Below are positions 59,831 to 64,000 of a stretch of DNA of 64,000 nucleotides, piece after piece (the first letter of the stretch is position 1; each line of letters opens with the position of its first letter). Source of the stretch: Clostridia bacterium (GTDB lineage: Bacteria > Bacillota > Clostridia > TANB77 > CAG-465); NCBI GenBank assembly GCA_051886195.1, contig JBJEXW010000003.1, forward strand, positions 23,844-87,843, given 5' to 3'. Both the position numbers and the translations under genes were made by a program. The notes below the pieces were generated by a model. It worked only from the letters and a program-made list of their open reading frames with translations. It ran no database searches and was not told the DNA's origin.

Positions 59831-61360
59831 GTGGGATATATAGCATTATATAGAAAATATAGACCAAATACATTTGAAAATATAATTGGTCAAGAAAATG
59901 TAACAAAAATACTTAGAAATCAGATAAAAAACGGAAAAATATCTCATGCATACTTATTTAGTGGTACTAGAGGTACTGGAAAAACTAGTGCTGCAAAGGT
60001 ATTTGCTAGGGCGATTAACTGTCTTAATCCTAAAGATGGAGAACCTTGTAATGAATGTGAAGTTTGCAAAGGAATATTAAATGGAACTATAACTGATGTT
60101 ATAGAAATGGATGCAGCTTCAAATAACAGTGTAGAAAATATTCGTCAAATTAGGCAAGAAGTTGTGTATGCAACTGTAGATGTAAAATATAGAGTATATA
60201 TAATAGATGAAGTTCATATGCTAACAACTAGTGCATTTAATGCATTATTAAAAACATTAGAAGAGCCTCCAGAAAATGTAGTATTTATATTAGCTACAAC
60301 TGAGCAACATAAAATACCAGTTACAATATTATCTAGATGCCTTAAATTTGATTTTAACAGGCTTACAGAAGATGATTTATATAATAGAATTAAATATGTA
60401 TTAGAATGTGAAAATGTAAAATATGAAGATGAAGCATGTAGATACATTGCAACATTAGCCGATGGTGCAGCAAGAGATGCTCTAAGTATATTAGATAGAT
60501 GTATTTCTGAAACAGAAGATGTGTTAAAATATGAAGACGTCCAAAATATAGTTGGCGCAATAGATAAAAAAATAATTGATCAAGTAGTTGAAAACATTTT
60601 AAATTATGATTCATTAAATGCTATTTCAGCAATTGATGAAGTTATTAAAAAAGGAAAAGACTTGCGACAATTTACATTTGAACTTACTAGTGAATTTTTA
60701 AATAGACTAGTAAAGTCCAACGAAAATATACAAAGATATGTTAGTATTATAGACAGATTATCTAGTTTGGACAATGATTTAAAATCTACAACTAGAAAAG
60801 AAATAGTATTAAAATCATGTATAGTTCAATTATGTAATATACAGGAAACGGTAAAGCAAGAAGGAAATAATAGTATAGATCAAGCTTATTTAAAAAAGAT
60901 TGAAAACTTAGAAAACGAGATAAAAAACTTGAAAGAATATATTAATAGTAATAAAATATCTGTTCCAGAGGAAAGTAAAGCTTCTGAACCTGTTAAAGTA
61001 AATATTTCTTCTAAAAAAGTTACTCAAACAACATCTGAAGAAGAAAAATTAACAGAGTTTCCAAATACAGAAGAAGTGAAAAAAGCTGTAATAGAGAAAG
61101 GAAAAATTAAACTATACTCAGCTCTAGCAAGTGCAAAAATTTATGTTGATGAAGCAGTGAGAATAATTACTACAAATTCTTTTGGATATAAATTATTAAC
61201 GCTAGATGAAAATGCTGAAATTATGGCTCAAATATTATATGAAAAATATAATATAAATAAGAATATAATATTAGAGTTAAAAACTGAATCTGGAGAATCA
61301 ATATCTAAAATTGAGAAGATTTTAAAAGATAATAATATAGAATATACAAACCTAGATTAA
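59831..61360 (+). CDS. dnaX: DNA polymerase III subunits gamma/tau
   Basis: GTG start after GGAGG; YRKYRP; GTRGTGKTS. Confidence 0.9.
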   Translation: MGYIALYRKYRPNTFENIIGQENVTKILRNQIKNGKISHAYLFSGTRGTGKTSAAKVFARAINCLNPKDGEPCNECEVCKGILNGTITDVIEMDAASNNSVENIRQIRQEVVYATVDVKYRVYIIDEVHMLTTSAFNALLKTLEEPPENVVFILATTEQHKIPVTILSRCLKFDFNRLTEDDLYNRIKYVLECENVKYEDEACRYIATLADGAARDALSILDRCISETEDVLKYEDVQNIVGAIDKKIIDQVVENILNYDSLNAISAIDEVIKKGKDLRQFTFELTSEFLNRLVKSNENIQRYVSIIDRLSSLDNDLKSTTRKEIVLKSCIVQLCNIQETVKQEGNNSIDQAYLKKIENLENEIKNLKEYINSNKISVPEESKASEPVKVNISSKKVTQTTSEEEKLTEFPNTEEVKKAVIEKGKIKLYSALASAKIYVDEAVRIITTNSFGYKLLTLDENAEIMAQILYEKYNINKNIILELKTESGESISKIEKILKDNNIEYTNLD

Positions 61361-61417
61361 ACTTGAAAATTAGAATGAAGTATATTATAATAGTTTCTAT
61401 GAAAGGATGGATATAAA

Positions 61418-61753
61418 ATGGGAAACAAATATGGTGGATTTCCAGGCGGAGGCATGGGAAATATGCAAAATTTATTAAAACAAGCACAAAAAATGCAAGC
61501 AGATATGCAGAAAAAACAAGAAGCTGTTGCTTCAAAAGAAATAGAGACATCTGCTGGTGGTGGTGCAGTAATAGTTAAAGCTACAGGAGATAAGGTAATA
61601 AAAGAAATTATAATAAAAAAAGATGTTGTTGATCCAGATGATGTTGAAATGTTACAAGATTTAGTATTAACAGCAGTAAATGAAGCATTAAAAAAAGCTG
61701 ATTCAATGATGGAACAAGAAATGGGCTCTTTTAATATACCAGGATTGTTTTAG
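61418..61753 (+). CDS. ybaB: Nucleoid-associated protein YbaB/EbfC
   Basis: dnaX-ybaB-recR gene order; 111 aa. Confidence 0.9.
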   Translation: MGNKYGGFPGGGMGNMQNLLKQAQKMQADMQKKQEAVASKEIETSAGGGAVIVKATGDKVIKEIIIKKDVVDPDDVEMLQDLVLTAVNEALKKADSMMEQEMGSFNIPGLF

Positions 61754-61761
61754 GTGATAAT

Positions 61762-62355
61762 ATGTATTCAGATACAGTTAACAAATTAATTAACCAGTTT
61801 GAGAGGCTTCCTGGAATTGGACATAAGAGTGCAGTAAGACTTGCTTTTTATGTTTTAGAATCGCCCAAAGAAGTAGCTGAGGAAATGTCTAAAACTTTAA
61901 TTGAAGCAAAAGAAAATGTGAAATTTTGTTCTGTATGTTTTAATTTAACTGAGAAAGATCCTTGTGATATCTGTTCAGATAAAAAAAGAGATGATTCAAT
62001 AATATGTGTCGTTGAAAATGTAAAAGATGTTGTTGCAATGGAAAAGACTCATGAATACAGAGGACTATATCATGTATTACATGGCTCCATTTCTCCTATG
62101 AATAATATATCAGCTGGAGATATAAAAATAAAGGAATTACTTCAAAGATTAAGTGATGATAAAATAAAGGAAGTAATACTTGCTACAAATCCAACTGTTG
62201 AGGGAGAGGCAACAGCTATGTATATATCTAGATTAATTAAACCACTTGGAATTACGGTAACAAGAATTGCACATGGTATACCTGTTGGAGGAGATCTTGA
62301 ATATACTGATGAGATTACACTAATTAAAGCGCTAGAAGGAAGAAGAGAAATGTAA
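61762..62355 (+). CDS. recR: Recombination protein RecR
   Basis: C4 zinc finger CSVC..CDIC; Toprim domain. Confidence 0.9.
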   Translation: MYSDTVNKLINQFERLPGIGHKSAVRLAFYVLESPKEVAEEMSKTLIEAKENVKFCSVCFNLTEKDPCDICSDKKRDDSIICVVENVKDVVAMEKTHEYRGLYHVLHGSISPMNNISAGDIKIKELLQRLSDDKIKEVILATNPTVEGEATAMYISRLIKPLGITVTRIAHGIPVGGDLEYTDEITLIKALEGRREM

Positions 62356-62395
62356 AAATAGGTGCTTGCACCTATTTTTCTATGAGGAGAGACTT

Positions 62396-63211
62396 ATGAA
62401 AGTTGGATTTTTTGATTCAGGGTTAGGAGGACTAACTGTTTTAAAAGAAGCAATTCAAAATGAAGGATTGAGTGAAGATATATATTATTTAGGAGATACA
62501 AAAAATACTCCATATGGTGTCAAAGATAAGGACTTTGTTATTAATATAATAAATGAGAACATAGATTATTTAGTAAGTATTGGCTGTAACCCAATAGTAA
62601 TAGCATGCAATACAGCTACAAGTCTTTGTGTAAATTCTTTAAGAGAAAAATACAAAGATATTGTATTTATTGGAACAGAACCAGCTGTCAAAGTAGCTGC
62701 TGATTCTAAGAAAAATAAAAAAATACTTGTACTAGCAACTAGTATTACAGTTAAACAGGAAAAATTACATAATTTAATAAATAAATTAAATATAGAAGAT
62801 GAAGTAGAACTTGTGCCTGCAGATAGACTTGTAACTTTTGCTGAAAATATAAATTGTAATAATATGAAAGAAGATATTAATGAGTATATAAATTCTATAC
62901 TCGAAGTATATAATTTAAATGAATTTAGTCATATTGTTTTAGGATGTACACATTTTCCTTTATTTAGAGATAATTTTGAATGTGTAATAAAAGAAATTAA
63001 TCCATTATTAGATATAAAAGTAATTGATGGAGCAAAAGGAATATCTAATAATTTAATTAAACATATAAATAAAATTAAAAATAGAAATGATTATATTGCA
63101 GATAAAAAAAATATTACAATTATTACAACTAGTGAGAGTAAAGATTTTATTCAAAGAGCAAAACAAATTTTAAATAATGAAAATATAGAATTTAAATATA
63201 AATTACAATAA
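62396..63211 (+). CDS. murI: Glutamate racemase
   Basis: FDSGLGGLTV; IACNTAT. Confidence 0.8.
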   Translation: MKVGFFDSGLGGLTVLKEAIQNEGLSEDIYYLGDTKNTPYGVKDKDFVINIINENIDYLVSIGCNPIVIACNTATSLCVNSLREKYKDIVFIGTEPAVKVAADSKKNKKILVLATSITVKQEKLHNLINKLNIEDEVELVPADRLVTFAENINCNNMKEDINEYINSILEVYNLNEFSHIVLGCTHFPLFRDNFECVIKEINPLLDIKVIDGAKGISNNLIKHINKIKNRNDYIADKKNITIITTSESKDFIQRAKQILNNENIEFKYKLQ

Positions 63212-63303
63212 AATTACAGAAAAATTTCAATAAATAGTAGCAATATTTTTTTTTACGTGATATAATTAATTCAGTTTTATAAGAGTTGATGAGGTGTATA
63301 TAT

Positions 63304-64000
63304 ATGAATGATAAAAAAATCTTAATAGTTGATGATGAGAAAGCAATAGTAGATATCTTAAAATTTAACTTAGAAAAAGAAGGTTTTACTACTACTGTAG
63401 CTTACGATGGAGAAGAAGCTATTAAAATAGCATTATCTGTAAATCCAGATTTAATATTACTTGATTTAATGTTACCTAAAATTGATGGATTTAATGTATG
63501 TAAAAAATTAAGAAAAAGCTTAGTTTGCCCAATAATAATGCTAACTGCAAAAGAAGAAGTTGTGGACAAGATTATAGGACTTGAACTAGGTGCAGACGAT
63601 TATATGACAAAACCATTCAGCATTAGGGAAGTAATTGCTAGAGTTAAAGCAAATTTAAGAAAACACACTTTACCTGAAGTTGAAGAAGATAAAAACTCTT
63701 CAAAAAATAAAATTAAAGTTAAGGATATGATTATTGATCCTGAAAGATATATAGCAATTGTTGGTGGTAAAACAATTGATTTAACAATAAAAGAATTTGA
63801 ACTATTAAAATTATTGGCTACAAATCCAAATCAAGTATTTACTAGAGAGCAAATCTTAAGAGGGGTTTGGGGATATGATTTTTATGGTGATGCTAGAACT
63901 GTTGATGTTACTGTAAGAAGATTAAGAGAGAAAATAGAGAAAAATTCAGCAGAGCCTCAATATGTTCAAACAAAAAGAGGAATGGGATATTACGTTTCAT
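63304..64000 (+). CDS. OmpR-family response regulator (WalR/YycF-like), truncated at the 3' window edge
   Basis: ILIVDDEK..D-LILLDLMLP..IIMLTAK receiver motifs; winged helix begins. Confidence 0.8.
   Translation, partial: MNDKKILIVDDEKAIVDILKFNLEKEGFTTTVAYDGEEAIKIALSVNPDLILLDLMLPKIDGFNVCKKLRKSLVCPIIMLTAKEEVVDKIIGLELGADDYMTKPFSIREVIARVKANLRKHTLPEVEEDKNSSKNKIKVKDMIIDPERYIAIVGGKTIDLTIKEFELLKLLATNPNQVFTREQILRGVWGYDFYGDARTVDVTVRRLREKIEKNSAEPQYVQTKRGMGYYVS

Overview
Low-GC Firmicutes (Clostridium-like) chromosome. Bases 1 to about 20.6 kb are the late (tail and lysis) region of a prophage: a tail tube or major tail protein, chaperones, a tape-measure protein with transmembrane segments, Dit/Tal-like tail proteins, two tail-fibre genes, a TcdE-type holin, and an amidase_2+SPOR+SH3 endolysin. 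The tail module is heavily interrupted by accessory cassettes, each with its own promoter, operator and terminators. First, a MazF/PemK-like gene sits after the chaperones. Second, two paralogous cassettes (RHH regulator, conserved leader RNA, small protein, conserved 55-aa hydrophobic peptide, Bro-N antirepressor-like protein) flank the tape-measure gene. Third, a three-gene operon between the tape-measure and Dit genes encodes a SpoIIAB/RsbW-type GHKL kinase-ATPase, a STAS-like (DUF4325-type) partner and a 2-TM membrane protein. This operon is the best candidate for an undescribed phage-borne partner-switching defence or superinfection-exclusion system. Downstream is housekeeping chromosome: tRNA-Arg(CCT), tadA, tRNA-Arg(ACG), a CotH-like gene, spmA/spmB, mutS-mutL-miaA, dut, htpX-lemA, ksgA, tdk, tRNA-Thr/Glu/Lys, dnaD-like and dnaI-like genes, gyrA, RNase P RNA, a frameshifted clpX paralog, a VirD4-like coupling protein, SRP RNA, dnaX-ybaB-recR, murI and a WalR-like response regulator. 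Other points: two promoter-to-terminator sRNA candidates, MITE-like inverted repeats, a possible T4SS remnant and a degenerate metallophosphoesterase paralog.
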